A DNA stretch of 64,000 nucleotides, taken from positions 64,001 to 128,000 of the forward strand of contig OZ245011.1 of the NCBI GenBank assembly GCA_965223665.1, read 5' to 3'. The position numbers and the translations under genes are program-made. Source of the DNA: Nitrospinaceae bacterium. GTDB taxonomy: Bacteria; Nitrospinota; Nitrospinia; Nitrospinales; Nitrospinaceae. Below, in pieces: positions 41,244-52,705 of this stretch (position 1 is its first letter; each line of letters opens with the position of its first letter). Below the pieces are notes generated by a model that was not told the DNA's origin, searched no databases, and saw only the letters and a program-made list of their open reading frames with translations.

Positions 41244-42632
41244 ATGAGAAGAGTTAATACGGTCTTGACTGTCGCTGGGTCTGATTCTAGTGGAGGTGCT
41301 GGCATTCAAGCTGATATAAAAACCATTGGAGCCCATGGTTTGCTTGGGACTTCTGTGATTACTTCTATAACTTCACAAAATTCTTATGGAGTTCAAGCGA
41401 CCCATCACTTGGATCCAAAGCACATTGAATCCCAATTAAAGTCTATTTTTGAAGATTCAAAGCCTTCAGCTGTAAAAACAGGAATGTTGGGAGAAGGAGA
41501 AATCGTAAAAGTAGTTTCCAAATATTTGAAAAAATATAAAGTGAAAAACTTGGTGGTAGATCCCATCCTATTGTCAACCAATGGATATCCTTTGCTTTCG
41601 AAGGAAGGGATCCGGGTAATGGAAAACTTATTATTTCCACTTGCTAAATTGGTAACACCGAACTTGTCAGAAGCAGAAAAATTATCCGGAGTCCGCATTA
41701 AAAAAGCATCGGATCGAATAAAGGCAGCACGTTCAATATTAAAAAAAGGGGTTCAGGGAGTTTTGATTAAAGGGGGGCATGCAATTGATAATGCTGACGA
41801 TTTTTACTTTGATGGGAAAAATAAGGTTATTTTTCCCGGAAAGCGTTTTCCCATGGAAAATCTGCATGGAACTGGATGTGTACTTTCTTCGGCGATTGCT
41901 TCATGTTTGGCTAAAGGTGAATCCATTATTGAGGCCATTCAAAATGCAAAAAATTTCATAAATGTAGCAATTAGCCAGGGAATATTCCCAGGTAATGGAG
42001 CGGGTTGCGTTGATCCTCTAGGCAAATTTTATGAGAAGCAATTAAGAGAGGATCTTATCCAGCAAGTGACCCAAATGGTAGAAAACTTAAAATCTTATCC
42101 ATTAGGATACTTAATTCCAGAGGTTCAATCTAATATCGGAGTGGGTCTGTCTGGAGCCTTTTCGCCTGATGATGTGGTAGCTATTCCAGGAAGAATAGTT
42201 AAAAAAGGTAAAGGAATTTATACTATTGCATCCCCTGAATTTGGAGCCTCACGGCATGTTGCAAAAATTGTTTTGACCGTAATGCGTGCCGATGAGTCAA
42301 GGCGTGCAGTGATGAATATTAAGTTTACGGACTCCTTGCTAAAAATATGCAATAAATTGGGATTTAAAATTAGTTCTTTTAGTCGTTATAAGGAGCCCAA
42401 AAATATTAAGCAATTGGAAGGGTCCTCATTAGAATGGGGAACTTACCAGGCTATTTCAGACCTTGGAGAAGTACCTGATATAATTTTTGATGTAGGTGGG
42501 CAGGGTAAGGAAGAAATGATCCGAGTTATTGCAAAAGACTCTGCAGATTTGCAGAAGAAAATATTAAAAATTCACCGTCTTGCTTTAAAAGAACTCCCAG
42601 ATAAAGAGATAGATCGATGGAGAAAGAAATAG
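41244..42632 (+). CDS. thiDN: Bifunctional HMP/HMP-P kinase + ThiN-type thiamine-phosphate synthase (ThiDN)
   Basis: ThiD motifs GSDSSGGAGIQAD, KTGML, TPNLSE, KGGH, HGTGC. ThiN motifs IPEVQSN, PGRI, GASRHVA, EGSSLEWG, DVGGQGKE. Confidence 0.9.
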   Translation: MRRVNTVLTVAGSDSSGGAGIQADIKTIGAHGLLGTSVITSITSQNSYGVQATHHLDPKHIESQLKSIFEDSKPSAVKTGMLGEGEIVKVVSKYLKKYKVKNLVVDPILLSTNGYPLLSKEGIRVMENLLFPLAKLVTPNLSEAEKLSGVRIKKASDRIKAARSILKKGVQGVLIKGGHAIDNADDFYFDGKNKVIFPGKRFPMENLHGTGCVLSSAIASCLAKGESIIEAIQNAKNFINVAISQGIFPGNGAGCVDPLGKFYEKQLREDLIQQVTQMVENLKSYPLGYLIPEVQSNIGVGLSGAFSPDDVVAIPGRIVKKGKGIYTIASPEFGASRHVAKIVLTVMRADESRRAVMNIKFTDSLLKICNKLGFKISSFSRYKEPKNIKQLEGSSLEWGTYQAISDLGEVPDIIFDVGGQGKEEMIRVIAKDSADLQKKILKIHRLALKELPDKEIDRWRKK

Positions 42633-42732
42633 TCAATTATGATCACCTAAAAAACAGGAATTTTCCTCAAAAGCAACATGAATTTAATCAACCATTACCA
42701 AAACGAAAATAAAATATATTTATCAACTTGAA

Positions 42733-44652
42733 TTAAGACAACCCTTTTGGGATATCAAACCATTCCATTTCATCCACTTTTTTCCCAAAATACTTTGCGC
42801 CCTCTAAAGTGTAATGGTGATGATCAGAATATATTTTTTCGAAATTTTCTGTGACAATACTGCATTTACTTTTTCTGACGGAACATTGATAATCAATCTT
42901 TTTCAGAAATAATATTCCATATTTTGACGCAATTGATTTTAGTTTTTTATTTATAGCGCTCGTTTTCTTTTTCCTTTTATTGAATAAATCTTGCTCAGCT
43001 TGGTCTTTTTTAAATAAAGCGAAGTCGCCATTTATATTGCTAACTATATCATCTAAGAGCGTATTATTTTGAGGTTTAATTGGCCACTCTTCTGATTTAG
43101 ATAAAAGAATCACTTTCTTTTCATTTGCTAAGAGAAATTTAATAAAATTTTCAATATAGCTCAATTCATTTCCATTAAATGAATCACTAATTACAACAAT
43201 TCTAGCTTTTTGGAATTCTTGGCTTTCAATACACTCCTTAGTTCTTTCTATACCTCCTTTTTCTATTTCATCAATATATTCTTGATCATTCTTATCATTT
43301 GAAAAAAAGACCAATCGGAGATCACATAGTTCAAAATTATAAAACTTCACGTATTTGGTGCTGTGTATCAATTGAAAAAAATCGAAACCATGACTATCTC
43401 CCCAAACTAGTACATCTATTAAACCTGGTTTTTTGAATTTATCAAAATAATTCCAACCCCTATCAAAATTACTTTTTCGCAAGCTTAAAAGATAATTGTT
43501 ATCATAAACATATCCTTGGAACCTGTTTTTTGAATGTTTTGAATTCCATCCTATGGATATTAAGGCAACCGATAAAATAAATATCATCTGAAAAAAAACT
43601 TTTCTTTTTACTAATTGATTATTTCTAAAAATCTTTTCAACAAAAAAATAACTTATAAATGAACATAAAAAGGTCAAAATAATTAAATAAAGCTTTTGAT
43701 AATTTAAAATACTCCCTAACTGGATCCTAGCGAAAGCAAATATAGGAAAGTGCCAAAGATAAAGTGAATAAGAAATCTTTCCAACAAAATTTATTATTTT
43801 TGAAGACAATAATTTAGAGGCAATATCTATTTGATTTGAAAACCAGATGATTAAGCAACTGCCCAATACAGGAATTGAGGTCCAAATAGAAGGGTGTCTA
43901 GTTTGTTCATCAAAATATAAAAATGATATTATAAGAGTGGTCAAACCAATAGGAGGCATTGTTTTTTGCCAAATCTCCTTAAGTTTTCTCCCTCTACCCA
44001 GAATTTCAAAATAGCTTAATAATACACCTGTGCCTAATTCCCATAACCTTGTATGAATATAATAAAATGTTTTTGATGGCTGGTTTAGGGAACCCCATTC
44101 CGCTAAAAATAAGCTTAAAATTTCAAGTCCAATTAGAAGCGGTAAAAAGTATTTTGGAGATTTTTTTAAAAAGTAAAAACATGTGATCGGAAGTATAATG
44201 TAAAATTGCTCTTCAACTGAAAGAGACCAGGTGTGTAAAAATGGCCTCAATAATCCATCGGTAGCTCCATATTCAATCCCAGAATAATAAAAAAATATAT
44301 TTGATAAAAAAAATATTGATGAAAAAATTGAGTTAATAAAATTAGAAAAATTGGTGGGTAATAGAACAAAGTAAGCAATTGGAATGCTGGTAAATATGAC
44401 AAGATATAATGCGGGTAAAATTCGTCTGGCTCTTCTTTCATAAAAATTTAAAAAACTAAAACCGTTGCTTATTTTTATTTCATAAATAATAATTCTTCCT
44501 ATCAAATAACCGCTGATTACAAAAAATATATCTACCCCGATATATCCTCCTTCAATCCAAAATTGTTCAAAAAGGACAATTTCAGCGTGATACATTATAA
44601 TGCCCAGAACTGCAATAGCTCTGAGCCCATCAATGTCAGTTCTGTATTTCAC
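42733..44652 (-). CDS. OafA/OatA-like O-acyltransferase (acyltransferase-3 + SGNH domain)
   Basis: DIDGLRAIA, GVDIFFVISG, RRARRILP, HTWSLSVEEQFY, SYSLYLWH; SGNH-like GDSH and DHHH. Confidence 0.9.
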   Translation of the reverse strand: MKYRTDIDGLRAIAVLGIIMYHAEIVLFEQFWIEGGYIGVDIFFVISGYLIGRIIIYEIKISNGFSFLNFYERRARRILPALYLVIFTSIPIAYFVLLPTNFSNFINSIFSSIFFLSNIFFYYSGIEYGATDGLLRPFLHTWSLSVEEQFYIILPITCFYFLKKSPKYFLPLLIGLEILSLFLAEWGSLNQPSKTFYYIHTRLWELGTGVLLSYFEILGRGRKLKEIWQKTMPPIGLTTLIISFLYFDEQTRHPSIWTSIPVLGSCLIIWFSNQIDIASKLLSSKIINFVGKISYSLYLWHFPIFAFARIQLGSILNYQKLYLIILTFLCSFISYFFVEKIFRNNQLVKRKVFFQMIFILSVALISIGWNSKHSKNRFQGYVYDNNYLLSLRKSNFDRGWNYFDKFKKPGLIDVLVWGDSHGFDFFQLIHSTKYVKFYNFELCDLRLVFFSNDKNDQEYIDEIEKGGIERTKECIESQEFQKARIVVISDSFNGNELSYIENFIKFLLANEKKVILLSKSEEWPIKPQNNTLLDDIVSNINGDFALFKKDQAEQDLFNKRKKKTSAINKKLKSIASKYGILFLKKIDYQCSVRKSKCSIVTENFEKIYSDHHHYTLEGAKYFGKKVDEMEWFDIPKGLS

Positions 44653-45492
44653 GATTTAAACTCACTGGTAAAATCAATTAAAGTGCCCTTTGGATAAATT
44701 ATCGGGATTTGTGGAAGTTCGCAGTGGAGGGGGGGTAGAGGTGCCCATAATATAAGCATTGAAATTTTTGAGTTATAGTAATCTGGAAGTGGTTTGTGTT
44801 TGATGATGACTATATTTTATGCAGTATGGTTTTTGATAGATAATGAAAAAAATAAAAACGACCTTAATGGTTAGGTTTTCTTAATTGGTGATTTTTAGGT
44901 AGTGTTGTCAGAAATGATACCATTTGATGGCTGTTTTCGTAGGAATTGCGATAAACTTGATGCAAAATAATATATTTTATCGAAAATATAAACTATGGAG
45001 TCTATATTACAATTATTAAATTCGAAATTTTAAATGTCAAGCATTATATGTGAAAATAATTATTGGTCTAATTTGAGTTTTGGCTCAAGAGTATTTTTTG
45101 GGAGGAAATGATTGGAGGTTTTGTCTTTGTTTGAAAAATTTCAATGAGCATGCTTCCGCTTGTTTCAAAAAATAATTTGAAGCTATTAAATGCTATGATT
45201 CATAGTAGATTTCTGGTGTAGATAAATCGAAATAATAAAAATGTTAATTGAGATTTCTGGTGGCAATTTTAAATTGAAATCAAAAAATGATTTGGGAGGG
45301 AATCTAAAACTACATAGGCTTCCTATGATGTTGGTGTCATAGAAAGTTTAGCAGCATTTGAATTCTTCGAAAATATTAATAGGACTTATAGTTTTGGAAG
45401 TAGGAAATTTCCTTAGCATATCTTTTAAAAAAATTTAAAACATTAGTGAGCTCAAAATTTTGGGAGCAATGCTTATAGTTTAAATTTCCATT

Positions 45493-47433
45493 TTAAAGTA
45501 GAGTTTTATCGATCAAAATTTCAGATTGTTCTTTAGCATTGTCCAACCATTCCTTAAATATTAAATTCCCTTTTTCTTTTTTCAATACAGAATAGGTTTC
45601 CAGCTTTTGCTCATTGGTCGGCTCTCCAGCCTCTTCTCTTTCCACAATTTGGATCAAATAATGAGAATGTTTTGAAGAACCTCTTGTTGTTTCACCCGGT
45701 TTTAAATTAAATACCGCATCCTTGATCTCTTTGATATTGCCGATCCCGGGAATAGTATCCGCCATGCTGAAAAAAGGAGTTTCATCAATCTCTAATTTAT
45801 TTTCGCTGGCAATTTTATCTAAACTTTTTTCAGCCTTTAAACGCTTTGAGAGAGATTTCATTTTTTCTTTGGTATTTGATTCGCTTATTTGGTCATCATA
45901 TTCTTTGGATACTTCTTCAAGCACCGTATCCATTTCTGGAATGTGAGGAGGTTTGCGCTCTACAACTTTTGCTAGAAAGGATGCGTCAGGGGTGTTCACA
46001 GGTTCGCTGATTTGGTTGTCTTTCAAGATAAAAGCCGCATTAAAAAACTCCGGAACAATTCCAATATCAGGGACATTGTGATTTGTAGTTGAAATGAAGT
46101 CCGTAGATTTCACTTCGGAATTAAATTTTTTAGCCGCTTTTTCTAAATCATTGTCAGTTGAAGCCATTTGATAGATCTTTTTTATTTTCCTGCGAATTCT
46201 TTGTTGGATTTTTCGGGATTCAAGTTTCTTTGTGATTTCTTCTTTAACTTCGCTAACCGGTTTTTTTCGTTCTTCTTTCAATTCATCTAACTTAATAATG
46301 TGGTAACCAAAAACAGTTTTAATGGGACCGGCTAATTCTCCAGCTTTCATGTTATCCAAAGCTTTTTCAAATTCTGGAACCATAGTTCCTTTTGTGAATT
46401 CACCTAAGTCTCCTCCTCTTGGTCCTGAACCAGGATCTTCAGAATGTTCCTTTGCCAATTCAGCAAAATCCTTTCCATCCTTTATTTTTTGGAGAATGTC
46501 TTCCGCATTTTTCTTGGCTTTTTGTTCAGCTTCATCCAAGGCCTTTTTCTTAGCTTCCTCGGTGGCGTCTCCTTCCGGCAAAACTGGTAGAGCCTTAATT
46601 AGAATGTGTCGTGCGCGATATCGCTTTTTAAGAATGTAGTCTGCTTCATGGGCATCATAGTAATCTTGAATATCTTCCTCATGAATTTTAATTTCGTCTT
46701 TAAGAGTTTCCTTAGTAAGTTTAATGTATTTAACCTTAATCTGTTCAGGAACTTCAAATTGGGTTTTATTCTTTTCGAAATATTTTTTTAATTCTTCATC
46801 CGAGGGAGGGTTTTCCGGTTTGAAATATTTTTTGGGAAACTGAATATATTTAAATTTTATTTTTTCATTTTCCTTTTTAAAAGCTTCCAGCATCTCAGAT
46901 TCTGAAATTTTGGTATTTGATTTAATTACCTGCTCAATTTTTTGAAGCAACATTATTTCCCGTTGACTGTCTTCAAATTCTTTTGCTGAAATGCGGTTAA
47001 AATTGAGAAAATTTTTGTAAAGGCTGGGGTCAAATGAATCAGCCTTTTGAAAAGAAGGGTTCTCTTTTATTTTACTGGTAAGCTCCTGATCGCTAACTTG
47101 AATATTGTATTTTTTTGCTTCCGCTAACAGGATTTTCTTTTGTATTAAACCATCTAAAGCTGTATTCTTAAGGTCCAATTTTTCAATGAGATCTTGGGAA
47201 AATTGCCCCTTAAATTGAGACCGGTAATAATTTATTAAGTTATTAAAAGATTGATCGTATTCATTGAGTAAAATCTTTTCCCCATTAACGGTTGCAATGA
47301 CGCCACTACGCCCTCCACTACGTCCTCCCATTCCCCAGGAATAAAAAATAGTGCCAACAAAGGCGAAAACAATTAGCCATAAAATGGATTTAATCATCCA
47401 AGAATCAGCATGTTTGCGAATCAGGTTTAACAT
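45493..47433 (-). CDS. ppiD: PpiD/SurA-type periplasmic chaperone and parvulin PPIase
   Basis: N-terminal TM, SurA_N-like domain, ARHILI, FAELAKEHSED..GGDLG, VFGYHII. Start placed at ATG 47433, after a GGGAG SD. Confidence 0.88.
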   Translation of the reverse strand: MLNLIRKHADSWMIKSILWLIVFAFVGTIFYSWGMGGRSGGRSGVIATVNGEKILLNEYDQSFNNLINYYRSQFKGQFSQDLIEKLDLKNTALDGLIQKKILLAEAKKYNIQVSDQELTSKIKENPSFQKADSFDPSLYKNFLNFNRISAKEFEDSQREIMLLQKIEQVIKSNTKISESEMLEAFKKENEKIKFKYIQFPKKYFKPENPPSDEELKKYFEKNKTQFEVPEQIKVKYIKLTKETLKDEIKIHEEDIQDYYDAHEADYILKKRYRARHILIKALPVLPEGDATEEAKKKALDEAEQKAKKNAEDILQKIKDGKDFAELAKEHSEDPGSGPRGGDLGEFTKGTMVPEFEKALDNMKAGELAGPIKTVFGYHIIKLDELKEERKKPVSEVKEEITKKLESRKIQQRIRRKIKKIYQMASTDNDLEKAAKKFNSEVKSTDFISTTNHNVPDIGIVPEFFNAAFILKDNQISEPVNTPDASFLAKVVERKPPHIPEMDTVLEEVSKEYDDQISESNTKEKMKSLSKRLKAEKSLDKIASENKLEIDETPFFSMADTIPGIGNIKEIKDAVFNLKPGETTRGSSKHSHYLIQIVEREEAGEPTNEQKLETYSVLKKEKGNLIFKEWLDNAKEQSEILIDKTLL

Positions 47434-47671
47434 GAAAAACACTCCCAAGGTTAAGAAAAAGATGTTACAATTCAATGGTTGACATACTATAAAACAAGGT
47501 CTTGATTGGCAACCATTTATTCCGGCCTTTTTTGAGCAAAAGTTACATTTGAATCCTTGTTGTAAATTCTAGTATCAATCCTGTTGTTATCAGTTCTATT
47601 AAATTATGGTTAATTGGATCCAACCTCTAACTTATTAACAAAAACAATAGTTTACGTCATTTATCAGGTAA

Positions 47672-48715
<1,044 letters not shown>

Positions 48716-48721
48716 TAAAAA

Positions 48722-49537
48722 GTGTGGATAAGAGGACTCAAAAATAGAAAACGGGTTTTCATTTTTGTTTCCATTCTCTTGGTTTCTTTTGTCTTAATGA
48801 CCGTTAATATTAAACGGTCCAGCCATCCCACTCCCGTTGAGAAATTTTTTCTTTGGGTGGTTTCACCGCTTCAAAGCTTTTTCACTCTCACCGTAGATTC
48901 TGTGGCCGATGTCATCGATGGCTATTTTTATTTTGTTAATACTACCCAAGAAAATGAAGGCCTGAAAGAAAAAGTTGATCAACTTTCTAAAGAGAATAAC
49001 TATCTTAAGGAAGAAGTGAGACGATTGGCTCGTATTGCACAATTAGCCGATTACCAAAATGATCGAAAATTAAATTCAATCACTGCAACGGTAATTGGAA
49101 AGGATGCAACTCAATGGGTCAAAATGGTGTTTGTTAATAAAGGAACCCAGGATGGAGTTAGGGAAAACCAACCTGTTGTAACTGAAACAGGAATAGTGGG
49201 TCATATTCTTCAAGCAGGAACAACTACCTCCAAAGTATTATTAATAGTTGATAGTCGAAGTGCGGTGGATGCGTTATTTCAGGAGTCTCGGGTTTCTGGA
49301 GTGGTAAGTGGGAACGGAACTGAAGAATGTAATATGAAGTATGTACCTATAGGGGCTCCTGTGGAAATTGGGGATCTTGTTTTGTCATCTGGATTGGGAG
49401 GGGTTTTTCCCAAAGGTCTTTTGGTGGGTAGAGTGAAGCAGGTAACTCAAATGGAACATGGGTTGTTTAAGGATATTATTGTTACACCCACAGCAGATTT
49501 GTCACGTTTAGAAGAAGTATTAATTTTATTGTCATAA
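48722..49537 (+). CDS. mreC: Rod shape-determining protein MreC
   Basis: TM plus coiled coil, NKG..DGV, SSGLGGVFPKG, LEEV. Confidence 0.95.
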   Translation: MWIRGLKNRKRVFIFVSILLVSFVLMTVNIKRSSHPTPVEKFFLWVVSPLQSFFTLTVDSVADVIDGYFYFVNTTQENEGLKEKVDQLSKENNYLKEEVRRLARIAQLADYQNDRKLNSITATVIGKDATQWVKMVFVNKGTQDGVRENQPVVTETGIVGHILQAGTTTSKVLLIVDSRSAVDALFQESRVSGVVSGNGTEECNMKYVPIGAPVEIGDLVLSSGLGGVFPKGLLVGRVKQVTQMEHGLFKDIIVTPTADLSRLEEVLILLS

Positions 49538-49552
49538 TAATCAGGTTGCCCT

Positions 49553-50071
49553 ATGTGGCTGCTTTTCATTTTTATAATTTATTTTTTGGTTTTCTTTTCC
49601 ATTCAAACGAGTTTGTTGGATTTGATTGCTATTGCCGGGGTGACACCTGATTTAGCATTAATTCTAACGCTCTATGGAACGGTTATCCTGAAAAATGAAA
49701 GGAGTATTGCCGTAGGTTGCTTCATTGGTTTTATACAAGATTGTTTCTCTGCAGGAATTTTAGGGGTAAATACTCTTTCAAAAGGTTTAATTAGTTTTAT
49801 TTTCTCAGGATTAAGAAAAAATATTATTGTCGAAGGATTTATTCCAATTGCAATATTCTCATTTGTCTCATCTCTTTTTGATGGTTTAGTTTTTTATTTT
49901 TCTTCTTTGCTTTTATTTAAGGCAGGAGCGTCGCTCACCTTTCTTTACTCTAAGTTAATTGTATACTCATTATATAATGCAGCTATAGCCCCTATTATTT
50001 TTTACCTTCTTAATTCTAATAAAAACTGGTTGATTAAAAAGTTTCCAGGTTTTGAGGGAGCCGTGCAATGA
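49553..50071 (+). CDS. mreD: Rod shape-determining protein MreD
   Basis: Small polytopic protein with PDL and GFIQD, located between mreC and mrdA. Confidence 0.92.
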   Translation: MWLLFIFIIYFLVFFSIQTSLLDLIAIAGVTPDLALILTLYGTVILKNERSIAVGCFIGFIQDCFSAGILGVNTLSKGLISFIFSGLRKNIIVEGFIPIAIFSFVSSLFDGLVFYFSSLLLFKAGASLTFLYSKLIVYSLYNAAIAPIIFYLLNSNKNWLIKKFPGFEGAVQ

Positions 50072-51981
50072 GCACTCATCTTTATTCACGGGATGTGTCT
50101 GAAGGTATTCGAAGAAAACTTAAAATGTTTGCGGTTATTGTTGTAGTTGCATTCGTTTTTTTATGGGTCAGAATTTGGTACCTACAAATTCTGAAGGGGG
50201 AAGACTTTAAAGGATTGTCAGAGAATAATCGTGTTCGATTGGTTTCCCTTCCTGGAATTCGTGGGTTAATAACGGACCGCAATGGGGAAACATTGGTTTC
50301 TATTAGACCCTCCTTTAATTTATACATTACTCCGGAAGATGCCAAAGATCTGGATGTGACATTGGATATTTTGGAGGAGAAAATCGATTTTGATGAGGAA
50401 AAGTTAAGAACGAATATGAAGAAAGCTCAACCATTTGCGAATGTGTTGATAAAGGCAGATGTGAGTAGGGAAATGGTCGCTTTTGTGGAAGAGAACAATC
50501 GTATTCTGCCGGGGGTGCACTTAATTGTAGAACCCTTAAGAAACTATGTTTATAAAGATTTAGCAGCCCATGTTTTAGGTTATTTAGGAGAGATTTCGAA
50601 AGAAAAGTTAGAGGAAATGAAAGAAAATGACTATCACATGGGAGACTTAATGGGTAAAGAGGGTATGGAGTTCCTTTATGAGAATGAATTAAAAGGAACA
50701 AAAGGCTATAAGCAAATTGAAGTAGATGTGGCAGGAAGAGAACTTCAAATTCTTAGAAAATTGCCTCCTGAAAGTGGAAACCAACTGGTGTTGACATTGG
50801 ATTTGAGGTTACAAAAAGTTTTAGAGCAGTTGATGGTAGGTACAGAAGAAGAACCGAAGAATGGAGCTGTGGTTGTCCTTAAGGTTTCCACAGGTGAAGT
50901 ATTGGCAATGGCAAGTAAACCCTCATTCGATCCCAATTTGTTTGCTGCAGGAATTTCAATTAAAAATTGGCGCAAGTTAATTTTTGACAAACGTCATCCT
51001 CTTCAAAATAAATCAATAGATGGGCAATATCCTCCTGGATCTACCTATAAGATTGTCACTGCCTTAGCAGGACTCGAAGAAAAAATCATTACTCCAGAAA
51101 CTTCCATTTATTGTCCCGGCCATTTTAAATTAGGACGAGGTAGGTATCGTTGTTGGAAAAGGGGTGGTCATGGTGCTGTCGATTTACACAAAGCGTTGGT
51201 TCAATCCTGTGATGTTTATTTCTATACCGTTGGTCACCGACTTGGAATAGATAATCTGGCAAAATATGCCAAATCACTGGGCCTTGGAAACTTTACAGGA
51301 GTCAATTTAATTGGAGAAAAAACAGGGTTAGTTCCAAGTACGGATTGGAAGTTGAACGCAAAAAAGGAACCCTGGTTGTTAGGAGAAACTATTTCAGCTT
51401 CAATTGGGCAAGGATATAATTTGGTGACTCCTATTCAACAGGCCAATATGCTGTCAACAGTTATCAATGGGGGATTATTATTCAAACCATTTTTAGTTAA
51501 AGGGATTAAAGATAAACATGGAGCAATGATTAAGGAAGTTTATCCAAAAGTACTTACTAAGCTAAATGTTAACCCAGAAAACTTAGAATTAATAAAAAAT
51601 GCTCTATTAGGTGTGGTCAATGAAAAAAGAGGAACCGGTTGGCGTGCAAGATTAAAGAATATTAAAGTAGCAGGAAAAACCGGAACCGCCCAAGTGGTCC
51701 GCCTTAGGGCGGTTGGGTCCAATAATGAGGAAGATATTCCTTATGAATTTAGAGACCATGCATGGTTTGTTGCGTTTGCCCCTTACGAAAACCCGGAAAT
51801 TGCTGTTGCGGTTATTGTCGAGCATGGAGGGCATGGAGGTTCTGCTGCAGCCCCTATTGCCCGAAAAATCATTGAGACCTACTTTAGGTTTTATCCTTTG
51901 GAATCTCCAGATAATTCTGAAGAGAATAAAAATGCATTGGCTTCCCCTAGCCAGGTTTCTACCCCAGTTGACAACGGTTAG
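50068..51981 (+). CDS. mrdA: Penicillin-binding protein 2
   Basis: RGLITDRNG, SxxK (STYK), SxD (SCD), KTGT, HAWF. Confidence 0.96.
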   Translation: MSTHLYSRDVSEGIRRKLKMFAVIVVVAFVFLWVRIWYLQILKGEDFKGLSENNRVRLVSLPGIRGLITDRNGETLVSIRPSFNLYITPEDAKDLDVTLDILEEKIDFDEEKLRTNMKKAQPFANVLIKADVSREMVAFVEENNRILPGVHLIVEPLRNYVYKDLAAHVLGYLGEISKEKLEEMKENDYHMGDLMGKEGMEFLYENELKGTKGYKQIEVDVAGRELQILRKLPPESGNQLVLTLDLRLQKVLEQLMVGTEEEPKNGAVVVLKVSTGEVLAMASKPSFDPNLFAAGISIKNWRKLIFDKRHPLQNKSIDGQYPPGSTYKIVTALAGLEEKIITPETSIYCPGHFKLGRGRYRCWKRGGHGAVDLHKALVQSCDVYFYTVGHRLGIDNLAKYAKSLGLGNFTGVNLIGEKTGLVPSTDWKLNAKKEPWLLGETISASIGQGYNLVTPIQQANMLSTVINGGLLFKPFLVKGIKDKHGAMIKEVYPKVLTKLNVNPENLELIKNALLGVVNEKRGTGWRARLKNIKVAGKTGTAQVVRLRAVGSNNEEDIPYEFRDHAWFVAFAPYENPEIAVAVIVEHGGHGGSAAAPIARKIIETYFRFYPLESPDNSEENKNALASPSQVSTPVDNG

Positions 51982-52045
51982 TCTAAACCCTAGAATCAAA
52001 TCTAGGAATATATTAGTTCCTTGGATCCAACATTAATCAAATAAA

Positions 52046-52705
52046 ATGAAAACAAAAGAATCCCTCCCTCTAAGTTTAGGTAATAAGGTATTGGCTAATA
52101 TTTTAGATGAAAGATATCAGGTTACTGTCCGCGGCTGGAAGGAAGATGAATATATTCTTTTAGACTTGCCTGTGTTTCAAGGAAGTATTTTAAAAGCTGC
52201 ACCTCAGGCCGGATGCTCAATTAGTTATACCCTTGATGGAACTTTTATTAATTTTAAAACCACCATTTCACATATTTTAACCCAGCCTATTCGACTTCTT
52301 TTGCTGGAATATCCCAAATCTTTTTCCACTCATAATCTTAGAAAGAATTTTCGTCAAAGGGTTAATTTTTCTTTTTTTTATTCCAGAGAATCCAATCCCA
52401 ATGAGTTCACTTTTACTGGAACTATTCGAGATTTAAGCTTATCAGGTGCTTTAATAACACATGAAAAACCTCTAGAAAAAAATGAGACGATTGCATTAAC
52501 GGTTAATCTTCCTCAGGGAAAAATTGCGAATCTTCCGGGAAGAGTGAAAAATATTAGAAATCGCCCAAACACTGAAAGAGAACCCTTTGTTACCGGATTA
52601 GAATTTAATGGACTTTCTCCCGAGCAGGACAGTGTTATCAGGAAGTTTGTTGAAAGTAGAATTTCAGAACGTCGAGGAACTGACCGCGTCAACGGTCTGC
52701 AATAA
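52046..52705 (+). CDS. YcgR-like (flagellar brake type) PilZ-domain c-di-GMP receptor
   Basis: N-terminal YcgR-like barrel, RKNFR (RxxxR) and DLSLSG (DxSxxG). Confidence 0.82.
   Translation: MKTKESLPLSLGNKVLANILDERYQVTVRGWKEDEYILLDLPVFQGSILKAAPQAGCSISYTLDGTFINFKTTISHILTQPIRLLLLEYPKSFSTHNLRKNFRQRVNFSFFYSRESNPNEFTFTGTIRDLSLSGALITHEKPLEKNETIALTVNLPQGKIANLPGRVKNIRNRPNTEREPFVTGLEFNGLSPEQDSVIRKFVESRISERRGTDRVNGLQ

Noticed and set aside
45207-45262. Mini CRISPR array
   Set aside because: Only two 12-bp copies, no third repeat and no cas genes.
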